Assembly (NCBI GenBank): GCA_963682135.1
Contig: OY821645.1
Location: 2,336,001 to 2,400,000 of the forward strand
DNA from: Methanothrix sp.
Lineage (GTDB): Archaea > Halobacteriota > Methanosarcinia > Methanotrichales > Methanotrichaceae
DNA: 64,000 nt
Reading direction: 5' to 3'
Shown: piece after piece, positions 20,201 through 29,432 of the stretch
How positions within the stretch are numbered: position 1 is the stretch's first letter
Layout of the letters: each line of letters starts with the position of its first letter
The notes under the pieces: model-generated
What the model was told of the DNA's origin: nothing
Database searches by the model: none
What the model saw: only the letters and a program-made list of their open reading frames with translations
Program-made: the position numbers and the translations under genes

Positions 20201-22942
20201 AGCTTCTATGCAAGAGGCATCACCCTAACTGGCATCAATAATCCGGTTATCAACAGCTTCACGCTGGACCAGGACATAGCTGGAAAGATCAGCGGCATAG
20301 CGGCCAATACCGTAAATCTAAATGCAAATGCAAATGCCAAGATTCAGCAAGGAATTGATCTGGCAAATACAGGCGCATCAGTCAATGTAAATGGGGCAAC
20401 CGGATATACTTATGGGGATGATCTGACCCAGAGCTTCTATGCAAGAGGCATCACCCTAACTGGCATCAATAATCCGGTCATCAAGAGCTTCACGCTGAAT
20501 CAGGACATAGCTGGAAGGATCAGCGGAATAACGGCCAATACCGTAAATGTGAATGCAAATGCTAAGATCCAGCAAGGAATTGATCTGGCAAATACAGGCG
20601 CATCAGTCAATTTAAACGGGGCTGCCGGATACACTTATAGCGATGATCTGACCCAGAGCTTTTATGCAAGAGGCATCACCCTAACTGGCATCAATAATCC
20701 GGTCATCAAGAGCTTCACGCTGAATCAGGACATAGCTGGAAGGATCAGCAGAATAACGGCCAATACCGTAAATGTAAATGCAAATGCCAAGATCCAGCAA
20801 GGAATTGATCTGGCAAATACAGGTGCATCAGTCAATGTAAATGGGGCAGCAGGATACACTTATAGCGATGATCTGACCCAGAGCTTCTATGCAAGAGGCA
20901 TCACCCTAACTGGCATCAATAATCCGGTTATCAACAGCTTCACGCTGGACCAGGACATAGCTGGAAAGATCAGCGGCATAACTGCCAATCATGTAAATGT
21001 GAATGCAAATGCCAAGATCCAGCAAGGAATTGATCTGGCAAATACAGGTGCATCAGTCAATGTAAACGGGGCAGCCGGCTACACTTACAGCGATGATCTG
21101 ACCCAGAGCTTCTATGCAAGAGGTGTGACTTTAACGGGAATTAATAATGCTGTAACAAAGAGCATTTCCCTGGATCAACTGCTAGCCGGAAAGATCAGCG
21201 GAATAACGGCCAAGACAGTAAACGTTCTGAATCCTAATGCTAAGATACAGGAAGGAGTAACCATTGTCAATTCAGGCGGGACAATTAATGTGGGGGCTGG
21301 AAATTACCTTGAAGATGTAGATATCAACAAAGACTTAGTCCTCATAGGAACCGGCAACCCTATTGTCACCAGCATTTCATTGAACGCAGCACTCGGAACA
21401 TGTCCCTATGGTATCTCTGCATCGAAAGTTACCGTCAATCCTCCATCCAAGATTCTTGATAGTATCTTGATATCGTCGAAGGATGTATTTGTTAATGGAG
21501 TTGCAGGATATACATATGGGGATGATCTGACCCAGAGCTTCTATGCAAGAGGCATCACCCTAACTGGCATCAATAATCCGGTTATCAACAGCTTCACGCT
21601 TAATCAGGACATAGCTGGAAGGATCCGCGGAATAAGGGCCAATACAGTAAATGTGAATGCAAATGCCAAGATCCAGCAAGGAATCGACCTGGCAAATACA
21701 GGTGCATCAGTCAATGTAAACGGGGCAGCAGGATACACGTATCGTGATGATTTGACCCAGAGCTTTTATGCAAGAGGCATCACCCTAACTGGCATCAATA
21801 ATCCGGTCATCAACAGCTTCACGCTGGACCAGGACATAGCTGGAAGGATCAGCGGCATAACTGCCAATACCGTAAATGTAAATGCAAATGCCAAGATACA
21901 AGATGGTGTCATCCTTGCATCTTCTGTAGGAACAGTCAATGTGGCGGCTGGGAATTATAGAGAGAACGTTATGGTTGACAAGTCACTGACCGTAAACGGG
22001 GCGGGAGCTGGTAGCAGTATAGTTGATGGCAACAAAGCAGGCTCAGTGTTCATTTTGGGTAAGAATGATACCAACGTGGATGTATCTCTGTCTGGCATGA
22101 CATTAACCGGTGGTACTGGTTCTCAGGATACCGGTGGAACATTTGGTGGCGGTATCATCAACTATGGCAGCTTGTTAGTGACGGACTGCGCAATATCAGG
22201 AAATACCGCAGGTTGGGGTGGTGGCATTCAAAATTCCGGTATAGCGACTATATCTGATACCACAATATCCGGCAACATGGCAAACATCGAGGGTGGCGGG
22301 ATTAGCAGCAGTGGAACCTTGACCGTGAATAACGATAGCATATCCGGGAATACTGCAAACGATGGCGGTGGTGGGATTGGCAACAGCGGTACCTTGACCA
22401 TGAATAGCGGTAGCATAACAGAGAACACAGCAACCGACGGTGGCGGGATTTGCAGCCTGGGTGGCACAGTGAACATAGATGGTGGCAGCATAAACAAGAA
22501 CATGGCAAAAGTGAGTGGCGGCGGGATTTACAGCCAGGGTACTGTGCATCTGCATGGAGGCAACATAACCGGGAACGTAGCTTCGGACGGGGGAGGAATT
22601 TACAGCAGCGGAACCATAACCATGAACAAAGGTAGCATAAACAGGAACACCGCAAACAACGGTACAAGCGGCGGTATTTTCAATACTGGCACCTTGAACC
22701 TGGGCGGAGGTAACATAACCGAGAATACAGCAACCAATGAAGAAGGAGTATATTCCCCCATCTATTCGCATATTGCATTTTATGGCGAACAAGTTGTTAT
22801 AAAATCTAACAAGGCGCATCTACCATCGCCTTCTGAATTGAATTGGTATCAGGGATGGGGAGTCTATTTAGAAAATGGCACACCTGCTACAACAGGTAAC
22901 TTTAATCAGGCAACACAAGTGACGGGCAACATCCATATTTAG
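17267..22942 (+). CDS. Giant secreted/surface protein: signal peptide, lectin-like beta-propeller, tandem repeats, C-terminal beta-helix (GGGI repeats)
   Basis: Hydrophobic N-terminus; WxxLGGxITSxP blades; KIQQGIDLA repeats; GGGI/SGNTA repeats; true start could be 17288. Confidence 0.88.
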   Translation: MMWGAFCMRVCICPITVLLIMIFCINTGLANMPNDNNQSTQNDSPIINPHPMIFSLKEHRWDDMSGTITSNASTFKDSLGRSHIFVIGADNGLWDNVDGVWQGLGGTITSVPCAVEDRQGVTHIFVIGTDGALFDRVLGTGWTNLGGYVTSNPSAALSPDGHIKIAVKGGDNSLWVKDLTTGEWSGLGGKITSNPQLIFDLHGKMHVLAQGGDGALWDNVDGNWQYRGGLMTSDARPIINPFNPRFIYTSVRGIDGALWCNALDTASGTSTWTGLGGLIAGTPSPSVDTDGMLHNFVRGGDGGLWDNVDGGWYGLGGLIVSDPCAFRDKDGKLRVAVVGGANGLWVNTIGIGMTPTTLVGSFACDYNKIQSAINAISSGGIIKVLSGSYPEDVNIDKELTLIGIGNPTASSFALNTILGTDSGGITAPLITVNTGFKIQQGIDLANTGASVNVNGAAGYTYRDDLTQSFYARGITLTGINNPVINSFTLNQDIAGRIRGITANTVNVNANAKIQQGIDLANTGASVNVNGAAGYTYSDDLTQSFYARGITLNGINNPVINSFTLNQDIAGRISGITANNVNVNANAKIQQGVDLANTGASVNVNGAAGYTYCDDLTQSFYAKGVTLTGINNAVTKSISLDQLLAGKISGITAKTVNVLNPNAKIQEGVTIVNSGGTINVGAGNYLEDVDINKDLVLIGTGNPIVASISLNAALGTCPYGIYASKVTVNPPSKILDSILISSKDVFVNGVAGYTYGDDLTQSFYARGITLTGINNPVINTFTLDQDVAGRINGITANNVNVNANAKIQQGIYLANTGASVNVNGAAGYTYSDDLTQSFYAKGVTLTGINNAVTKSISLDQLLAGKISGITAKTVNVLNPNAKIQEGVTIVNSGGTINVGAGNYLEDVDINKDLVLIGTGNPIVTSISLNAALGTCPYGIYASKVTVNPPSKILDSILISSKDVFVNGVAGYTYSDDLTQSFYARGITLTGINNPVINSFTLDQDIAGKISGIAANTVNLNANANAKIQQGIDLANTGASVNVNGATGYTYGDDLTQSFYARGITLTGINNPVIKSFTLNQDIAGRISGITANTVNVNANAKIQQGIDLANTGASVNLNGAAGYTYSDDLTQSFYARGITLTGINNPVIKSFTLNQDIAGRISRITANTVNVNANAKIQQGIDLANTGASVNVNGAAGYTYSDDLTQSFYARGITLTGINNPVINSFTLDQDIAGKISGITANHVNVNANAKIQQGIDLANTGASVNVNGAAGYTYSDDLTQSFYARGVTLTGINNAVTKSISLDQLLAGKISGITAKTVNVLNPNAKIQEGVTIVNSGGTINVGAGNYLEDVDINKDLVLIGTGNPIVTSISLNAALGTCPYGISASKVTVNPPSKILDSILISSKDVFVNGVAGYTYGDDLTQSFYARGITLTGINNPVINSFTLNQDIAGRIRGIRANTVNVNANAKIQQGIDLANTGASVNVNGAAGYTYRDDLTQSFYARGITLTGINNPVINSFTLDQDIAGRISGITANTVNVNANAKIQDGVILASSVGTVNVAAGNYRENVMVDKSLTVNGAGAGSSIVDGNKAGSVFILGKNDTNVDVSLSGMTLTGGTGSQDTGGTFGGGIINYGSLLVTDCAISGNTAGWGGGIQNSGIATISDTTISGNMANIEGGGISSSGTLTVNNDSISGNTANDGGGGIGNSGTLTMNSGSITENTATDGGGICSLGGTVNIDGGSINKNMAKVSGGGIYSQGTVHLHGGNITGNVASDGGGIYSSGTITMNKGSINRNTANNGTSGGIFNTGTLNLGGGNITENTATNEEGVYSPIYSHIAFYGEQVVIKSNKAHLPSPSELNWYQGWGVYLENGTPATTGNFNQATQVTGNIHI
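18575..21892 (+). repeat. Intragenic array of 15 near-identical units, order A A B C D B C D A A A B C D A
   Basis: A=225 nt, B=228, C=207, D=219-225; B-C-D superunit of 654 nt (19025 to 19679). Confidence 0.95.
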
Positions 22943-22961
22943 TATCCTATGGCCAGAAATG

Positions 22962-23055
22962 GGGTGAATGGGAAGACTGCCCATCTTTACCCAGAAGCGT
23001 GTAGGGCCGGTGCAGTCTTCCTTGCCACAGATACTATATGCACCGGCCTTCTATA
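22962..23055. other. Two adjacent hairpins with cross-complementary loops between convergent genes
   Basis: GGGTGAATGGG-aagactg-CCCATcTTTACCC and GGCCGGTGCA-gtctt...-TGCACCGGCC. Confidence 0.55.
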
Positions 23056-23101
23056 AAGCCGCAAGCCGCGCGGGGTGAAAGTGTTTTTTCCAGTATCTTC
23101 T

Positions 23102-23926
23102 TTAAATCTTCTCCGGCTTTTCCAGCAGATGGGTCTTGGTCATTATCTCGCCAGTGCGGGCATGGGGCCGGCGGGAGACGCTGTCGTTGGCCTTTTCCAG
23201 CTCTCGGGATTCGTCCGCCAGGCGGCCAGCGGCTCGCATGACCTCATGGCCTGCAGCGGCGGCGAGAGCTATCGCCTCCAGCTCCTTAAGGCGGAAGCAG
23301 GCTGCAGCATCGATGCCGGCCACGGTCTGCGCCATGTAAAGAGCCCCCACGGCCTTGGCGCGGGCGTACGGGTTGCCAAAGCGCATGCGCTCGGCGCACT
23401 TCTCTGGCGTGGCCAGGATAGCCGGAAGCTTTGCCTCTCCGGCGGCAATGTCGGCCATGGCGCCGTCCAGCTCCTCCTGCACCAGTCGGATGGCTCCGCA
23501 GGCCGCTAAAACCTTCAGTGCGTCGGAGTTAAAGAGGGCCATCTCCGCCGGATCAAGGAACTCGCGTTTGGCACCGATGAGCGGGTCCATGGGCAGGATG
23601 ATGTAGCCAAAGCCTTCTGCCGCCAGAGCATCGCGCGACTCCTTCTTGGAGGGGCCATCGGAAATGACAATGGTGGGCAGGCCTTTGAACAACTCGCGCG
23701 CCGCCGTGGGGCCGGCGGTCGCGGCGTTGGGGCTGCTGATGACTACCAATTGTGGTTTCCAGGCCAGCAATTCGGCTGCGGCTTCGCCTTCCTTCTTGGT
23801 CATCTTGGGGCCGAAGCTGACGATTTTAAATTCTATGTCGGATCTTTCCGCGATCTCATCCAGGGAAAGGTCAATAGCCGTAGATGTGGCTATATTTCCC
23901 AGCTTCACAAAACCTATCTTAAACAT
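23102..23926 (-). CDS. mtd: F420-dependent methylene-H4MPT dehydrogenase
   Basis: KLGNIA, SPNAATAGP, DPLIGAKREFLDPAEMALFNSD, NPYARAKA, AAGHE. Confidence 0.96.
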   Translation of the reverse strand: MFKIGFVKLGNIATSTAIDLSLDEIAERSDIEFKIVSFGPKMTKKEGEAAAELLAWKPQLVVISSPNAATAGPTAARELFKGLPTIVISDGPSKKESRDALAAEGFGYIILPMDPLIGAKREFLDPAEMALFNSDALKVLAACGAIRLVQEELDGAMADIAAGEAKLPAILATPEKCAERMRFGNPYARAKAVGALYMAQTVAGIDAAACFRLKELEAIALAAAAGHEVMRAAGRLADESRELEKANDSVSRRPHARTGEIMTKTHLLEKPEKI

Positions 23927-24194
23927 GCCGTTACGAAAGGCACAGCGAAGATAAAAGGGTTTTGTGGCTCTTTCATTTGGTCATAATTGACAAAAGTTGA
24001 TAGAATTCCACTTGAAGCTACAATGGCTCTGATAATTATTGCATTTTTTGGCAACCGCGCGCTATCTTACGGATTGTAACTTCCTATTTATTAATTTTTC
24101 TAAAAATAGTAGTAATAAGTAACTATGTTTGGTGATGATTTAGATTATTGTATTATAAATTTAACCATGCCACAAATTCTTTATACGAAATCAA

Positions 24195-25808
24195 ATGAAT
24201 CGTAGCCAAAAATGTAGGAGCTTTATGAGACGCAGTTTGTATAAGCTTACCTTCGTGCTGCTTCTTTCCATACTGATTTTGGGCACCGCATGCCAGGGTG
24301 GGGAGAATTCCAGCGGGACGGTTCTAAAGATCGGCACGCCCAATGTAGTTAAATCTGCCAGCATTCTGGGAGACAGCAACATGGGCGTCTTGGCCCACCT
24401 TTCCAATCCCACTCTGATGAAGATGGACGAAAAAGGAAAGATAGTAGGCTTGACGGCAAAAAGCTATGAGGTCTCGGAAGATGGAAAGGTCTGGACGTTT
24501 CCCATCAACGACGACCTGTACTGGAGCGACGGCCAAAAGCTGACGCCTGACGACGTACAGTTCACCTTCAGCTATCTGAGAGAAAACTATCCTGCCGCGG
24601 GCTGGATGAAGAATACGGTGGACAACATATCAGTGGAAGGCGACAGCGTGGTCTTCAAGCTGAATAAGCCCTACTCCCGGCTGAACCTGGAGTTTGCCAC
24701 CTATCCCATTCTGGCCAAACACATCTGGGAAAAGGTGGATAAGCCCGTGGAATACACCAACGAAGGGGAGAACGTAGGCTGTGGTCCCTTCTACATCGCC
24801 AAGACAGACCTTGGTGCAGGAGTTATTTACTTCCAGAAGAATCCCTATTGGAAGGGAGCATCCCCCAAATTCGATTCCCTGGAGATTCACACCTATAGCA
24901 ATATGGACGTTCTTTCCCTGGCCCTGGAGAAGGGTGACGAGGATGCCTACTACAAGTATGCAGGAACCTATCCCTACGCCAGCATGCAAAAGCTCAAAGA
25001 TACCGGCAACTTCGATTTTGTAGAGAAGGACAATATTGGACTTATATTCCTGGGCATGAACCTGCAAAAGCAGCCTATGTCGGATATCAGCTTCAGAAAA
25101 GCCCTCTCTTACGCCATTAATTACAGCGAGATTTTAAAGCTTGATGCATTGGGATACGGCCAGGTTCCAAACACCGGTTTCGTACCTCCCAGCATGATGG
25201 ACTTTAAGGAGACGGCTAAGCTCGATCACAACCTCACCCAGGCAAAGAGCATTCTTGAAGATGCCGGATACAAAGACACCAATGGAAATGGCATCGTGGA
25301 GGGCAAGGACGGCAAAGACATAAAACTTACATTCCTCACAAGAACCGACTACCAGCGAACGGCAGAACTCATGGTAGAATACCTGAAGCTTCTCGGAATC
25401 GACAGCGAATTGAAGAATGTAGATTCGAGCACCTGGATCAAGCAGAAGGATGCTGGCGAGTACGATCTGACCATTACAAGGTCCACCCCCTGGGGAATGC
25501 TCATGCATGCCAACTGGGGTACGGGCTACTTCGACTCCAGAAGAACTGGCGAAGGAGTCTTGCATGTGCTTGATGATCCTGTTTTCCTCAAGCTGTGCGA
25601 TGATATTCTCGCCTCCACGAGCGAAGATCAATTGCAGGACTATGCCTATGAACTGCAGGACTACTATGCAGAAAATCTGCCGGCCATAGCTCTATACTGG
25701 AGCAAGGTAGAGACTCCCTACAATCGAGCCTGGCAGGGCTGGTACTCCGACCCGCTCTACGGCATATTCAATGTGGACAATTTCCTCTCCGTGGAGAAGA
25801 GCCAATGA
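24195..25808 (+). CDS. ABC substrate-binding protein, Opp/Dpp/NikA family 5 (start may be 24225)
   Basis: Lipobox-like GTAC; WSDGQKLTPDDVQFT, GCGPF, NPYW. Confidence 0.92.
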   Translation: MNRSQKCRSFMRRSLYKLTFVLLLSILILGTACQGGENSSGTVLKIGTPNVVKSASILGDSNMGVLAHLSNPTLMKMDEKGKIVGLTAKSYEVSEDGKVWTFPINDDLYWSDGQKLTPDDVQFTFSYLRENYPAAGWMKNTVDNISVEGDSVVFKLNKPYSRLNLEFATYPILAKHIWEKVDKPVEYTNEGENVGCGPFYIAKTDLGAGVIYFQKNPYWKGASPKFDSLEIHTYSNMDVLSLALEKGDEDAYYKYAGTYPYASMQKLKDTGNFDFVEKDNIGLIFLGMNLQKQPMSDISFRKALSYAINYSEILKLDALGYGQVPNTGFVPPSMMDFKETAKLDHNLTQAKSILEDAGYKDTNGNGIVEGKDGKDIKLTFLTRTDYQRTAELMVEYLKLLGIDSELKNVDSSTWIKQKDAGEYDLTITRSTPWGMLMHANWGTGYFDSRRTGEGVLHVLDDPVFLKLCDDILASTSEDQLQDYAYELQDYYAENLPAIALYWSKVETPYNRAWQGWYSDPLYGIFNVDNFLSVEKSQ

Positions 25809-26665
25809 GCTGTTGGACGGATCAATGGAAGGATTTCGTCACAAGATCCAGCTATCTGCAAACCCTTGCTGAGGAGAAGATCTCCAACGACCAATTTTGG
25901 AGAAGCTACGGGATATATGACCAGACACTCATGTATTCGGGATACCCGGGAGAGATCCTTGCCAAGATCTCCTCTTTTATTTCTCCGGGGGCGACATTGC
26001 TGGACATTGGTGCTGGAACGGGGGCCTTTGCCATCCCTCTTTCCAGGAAGACTTCCCGGACCATTGCCGTTGATCCGTCTGAATATCAATTGCAGATCTT
26101 ATCGGAGAAAGCCCGGCGAGAGGGCTTGAAAAATATAGTCACTATTAAAAAAGAGTGGAAATATGTGCAGCCCTCTGAGATTTCGGCAGCGAGCGTTTCA
26201 GGAGTGGAGATTTCAGGAGGAGATATTTCCGGAGAGCGTATACCGAGATCGGATATTGATATTCCCGCCGTCGATTATTCCCTGGCGGCCTACAGTCTCT
26301 TCGATGAGGATATCGAACAATTCCTTACCAAGATGATTGATGTTACCAGAAGGGGAGTATTTATCGTCTTTCGAGCAGAAGGCATCGATCCATTGAATAA
26401 ATTTGCTTACGGGCCAAGGCCTTTTGCAGATTACACCTGCCTTCATCACATCCTGAATGATCTGGGTTATCAGTTGGATGTAATGCTATTTCCGAGGAAA
26501 TATTCTCTTCCCATGAACCTGGTGTTCCAACAGCACCGGTTCTGCAAGAAGGGCGGCGAGGAGCTGCTCGGTTACTTGAGCAGAGAAGGTAGGCTGGAGG
26601 AGAGAGCAGACGGAAAATGGGCATCATTCCAGACCGCTGATGCTCTTCTCTACCTGATTCGCTAA
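25805..26665 (+). CDS. Class I SAM-dependent methyltransferase
   Basis: LLDIGAGTG, AVDPS; ATGA overlap with the binding-protein gene. Confidence 0.9.
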   Translation: MSCWTDQWKDFVTRSSYLQTLAEEKISNDQFWRSYGIYDQTLMYSGYPGEILAKISSFISPGATLLDIGAGTGAFAIPLSRKTSRTIAVDPSEYQLQILSEKARREGLKNIVTIKKEWKYVQPSEISAASVSGVEISGGDISGERIPRSDIDIPAVDYSLAAYSLFDEDIEQFLTKMIDVTRRGVFIVFRAEGIDPLNKFAYGPRPFADYTCLHHILNDLGYQLDVMLFPRKYSLPMNLVFQQHRFCKKGGEELLGYLSREGRLEERADGKWASFQTADALLYLIR

Positions 26666-27628
26666 ATGGGAGTCAAAAGACCAATGTCTCTGGCGGCAAA
26701 GAAGGCGAGCCGATACGTTATCGCAATTTTCATCATATTCTCGTTGAACTTTGTCATTCCCAGAGCGATGCCCGGCGATCCTCTCACCAATCTACTGGGA
26801 GAAGATGTCATATTGACGGACAGCACGGTGACGCAACTACGCAGCGAGATGGGCCTGGACAGATCCATGCCATCGCAATATCTCGATTACTGGCAGAGCA
26901 TCCTGCAGCTGGACCTGGGATATTCCTTTCACCTGCATTCACCTGTTTCAGAGATCATATTCACCCGCATGAAGTGGACGCTGCTGCTGGCCTTGCCTTC
27001 TCTTCTCTTGGGCAGCGTGCTGGGAACAGTCCTGGGAGCGCTCGCCGGCTGGAGGTGCGGTGATAGGAGCCAGAAGATGAAGACCGCATTTTTCCTGGGC
27101 GTTTATTGTACCCCACCCTACTTCCTCTGCTTGCTGGCACTCTATCTGTTCTCCTTCAAGTTTGCCCTCTTTCCCTTGAAGGGATTCTATGACACGGGAT
27201 CGGCAACCGACATTGCTCACCATCTTTTTCTGCCCATCCTGGTGATGACCCTATTTTCATTATCGCGAAACTACATGATCATGCGGGGTAGCGTACTTCA
27301 GGAAAAGAGCAGCCTCTACGCGACCTATGCCAGGGCGAAGGGACTCTATGATGATGAAATTTTATTCAGACATGTCTTCAAGAACGCCCTTCTTCCCATC
27401 ATCACACTCTTGGCCATGGATTTCGGTTTTATCCTGAGCGGGGCACTATTCGTCGAGATCGTCTTCTCCATGAACGGCATGGGCAACCTCATCTATGATG
27501 CACTCCTTTCCCGAGACTATCCGATGTTGCAGGGATCTTTTCTTATCATCACCCTCATGGTGGTTTCTGCCAACCTGATAGCCGATATTCTCTACAGCCG
27601 CCTCGACCCGCGAGTGAGGTGGCACTGA
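26666..27628 (+). CDS. ABC permease (OppB/NikB-like)
   Basis: MPGDP, ARAKGL, HVFKNA, VEIVFS, RDYP, LDPRV. Confidence 0.93.
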   Translation: MGVKRPMSLAAKKASRYVIAIFIIFSLNFVIPRAMPGDPLTNLLGEDVILTDSTVTQLRSEMGLDRSMPSQYLDYWQSILQLDLGYSFHLHSPVSEIIFTRMKWTLLLALPSLLLGSVLGTVLGALAGWRCGDRSQKMKTAFFLGVYCTPPYFLCLLALYLFSFKFALFPLKGFYDTGSATDIAHHLFLPILVMTLFSLSRNYMIMRGSVLQEKSSLYATYARAKGLYDDEILFRHVFKNALLPIITLLAMDFGFILSGALFVEIVFSMNGMGNLIYDALLSRDYPMLQGSFLIITLMVVSANLIADILYSRLDPRVRWH

Positions 27629-28446
27629 TGCCGGATGTGATGCAAAAGTTCAGTCGCGTGGGCTTATTTTTATTTTTATCTTTTTTGCTTATGGCCGTCT
27701 TCTCCGCCCAACTGGCACCCTATGATCCCTGGATGAGGTTCGAGCCCTACCTCTTTCCCGGCCAGGAGCATATTCTCGGCACAAACGATATGGGACACGA
27801 CATACTCTCCGAACTTATCTATGGATCAAGGGTCTCACTCATCGTGGGCTTTGGAGCGGCCCTCATGGCCACCTTCATCGGCACAATCGTGGGGCTTCTG
27901 GCCGGATACTACAGGGGCACGACTGATGAGATTCTCATGGGGATAACGGATATTTTTCTTATGATTCCCCAGATTCCTCTTATAATCGTGATCGCCTCGT
28001 TCCTGAGGCCCAGCTTCTGGCTCGTCGCCCTTCTCATGGGCACTTTGTGGTGGACCTCCACGGCCAGAGTAGTTCGCAGCAAAGCCTTACAGGTTAGGGA
28101 GAATGGCTTTGTGCAGGCCTCAAGAGCCTTAGGCTTCTCAGATCGGCATATCATCATCACAGACGTGCTGCCCAATATTTTCCATGTGATTATGCCCAAA
28201 TTTCTGCTATCCATTGCCTCGGCCATGATCGCTGAAGCCTCCATATCGTTCTTAGGTTTGGGCGATCCTACCATGAAGAGCTGGGGGATGATGATCAACT
28301 TTGCCTTCACTCGCGGGGGCTTCATAAACGGTTATTGGTGGTGGTACCTGACACCAGGGCTATGCATTACACTTTTTGTTCTTTGTGTAGTTCTCATGGG
28401 CTTTGCCTGGGAAGAACAGGAACAAGCAACCCAGAGGTTAGAATGA
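27619..28446 (+). CDS. ABC permease (OppC/NikC-like)
   Basis: HILGTNDMGHD, LPN, SFLGLG, SWG. Confidence 0.93.
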   Translation: MALMPDVMQKFSRVGLFLFLSFLLMAVFSAQLAPYDPWMRFEPYLFPGQEHILGTNDMGHDILSELIYGSRVSLIVGFGAALMATFIGTIVGLLAGYYRGTTDEILMGITDIFLMIPQIPLIIVIASFLRPSFWLVALLMGTLWWTSTARVVRSKALQVRENGFVQASRALGFSDRHIIITDVLPNIFHVIMPKFLLSIASAMIAEASISFLGLGDPTMKSWGMMINFAFTRGGFINGYWWWYLTPGLCITLFVLCVVLMGFAWEEQEQATQRLE

Positions 28447-29432
28447 ATTCACTCATAATAGATACAGCACCTCTTTTGCAGATTGAGGGGCTGTCCGTAA
28501 GTTTCGAGACGAGTGTTGGCCGGGTCAAGGCAGCCGAGAACGTATGCTTTGAGCTGCATAAAGGAGAGACACTGGCGCTTGTGGGCGAAACGGGTTGCGG
28601 CAAGTCGGTAGTTGCAAGCAGCATAATGCAGCTTTTGCCGCATAATGCCTTTGTAAGGGGCCGGGCTGTCTATGCGGGAAGGGATCTTCTGAGCCTGAGT
28701 GAGGAGGAGATGGCAGGCATACGAGGCAGCGAGATTGCCATTGTATTTCAAAACCCCTCTTTATCCTTAAATCCCATCATGCGAGTGGGTGAGCAGATTG
28801 CCGAAATGCTGCGGGTTCGTAAAGGCTTTCGGCGCATCCTGTCCTTGCAAATGGCCAGAGATATGCTCCGCCGCCTGGGTCTGGAAGGTGGGGAGATGAC
28901 GAGGATGTACCCCTTTCAGTTCTCAGGCGGCATGAATCAGAGGGTGATGATCGCCACATCCATGATTCTCTCGCCCAGGATCATAATAGCAGACGAGCCC
29001 AGCAAAGGATTGGATGGAGCACTGGTTGGGGAGGTAATGGCGGAAATGGTGATGATCAAGCATCAAATGGGAGCCTCTCTTCTGCTCATCACTCATGATC
29101 TCATGCTTGCCAGAGAATTATCGGATAGGATAGCGGTGATGTACTGCGGCGAGATTGTGGAGATCGGCAAGAGCCATGATGTCTTCTCTAAGCCGCTGCA
29201 CCCCTATACTATTGCACTTTTGAGCAGTCTTCCCGAAAGAGGCTTTCAACCCATACCGGGAAGCTCGCCCTCCATGATAAATCCGCCGGCTGGCTGCAAG
29301 TTCCATCCCCGCTGTCCGAATAGCCAGGAGAGGTGCAGGAGGAAGCCGAAGATGACTCAGGTCATTGGCGCAAAAGTGGCCATTGGCTGCAATGAGAGCA
29401 CTGGCAGGGAGGTGAGGTGTTGGCTGTACTGA
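28443..29432 (+). CDS. ABC ATPase (OppD-like)
   Basis: GETGCGKS, FSGGMNQR, HPYT, GCKFHPRC; start reassigned to MNSLII. Confidence 0.93.
   Translation: MNSLIIDTAPLLQIEGLSVSFETSVGRVKAAENVCFELHKGETLALVGETGCGKSVVASSIMQLLPHNAFVRGRAVYAGRDLLSLSEEEMAGIRGSEIAIVFQNPSLSLNPIMRVGEQIAEMLRVRKGFRRILSLQMARDMLRRLGLEGGEMTRMYPFQFSGGMNQRVMIATSMILSPRIIIADEPSKGLDGALVGEVMAEMVMIKHQMGASLLLITHDLMLARELSDRIAVMYCGEIVEIGKSHDVFSKPLHPYTIALLSSLPERGFQPIPGSSPSMINPPAGCKFHPRCPNSQERCRRKPKMTQVIGAKVAIGCNESTGREVRCWLY

Noticed and set aside
18575-21892. Repeat array as a CRISPR array or DGR template/variable pair
   Set aside because: Units are 207-228 nt, in frame and lack unique spacers; differences are not adenine-specific; no cas or reverse transcriptase gene in the window.
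22960-23060. Cobalamin riboswitch (GGGAAG and GCCAC words)
   Set aside because: Motif order does not fit, and the site is 3' of two convergent genes.
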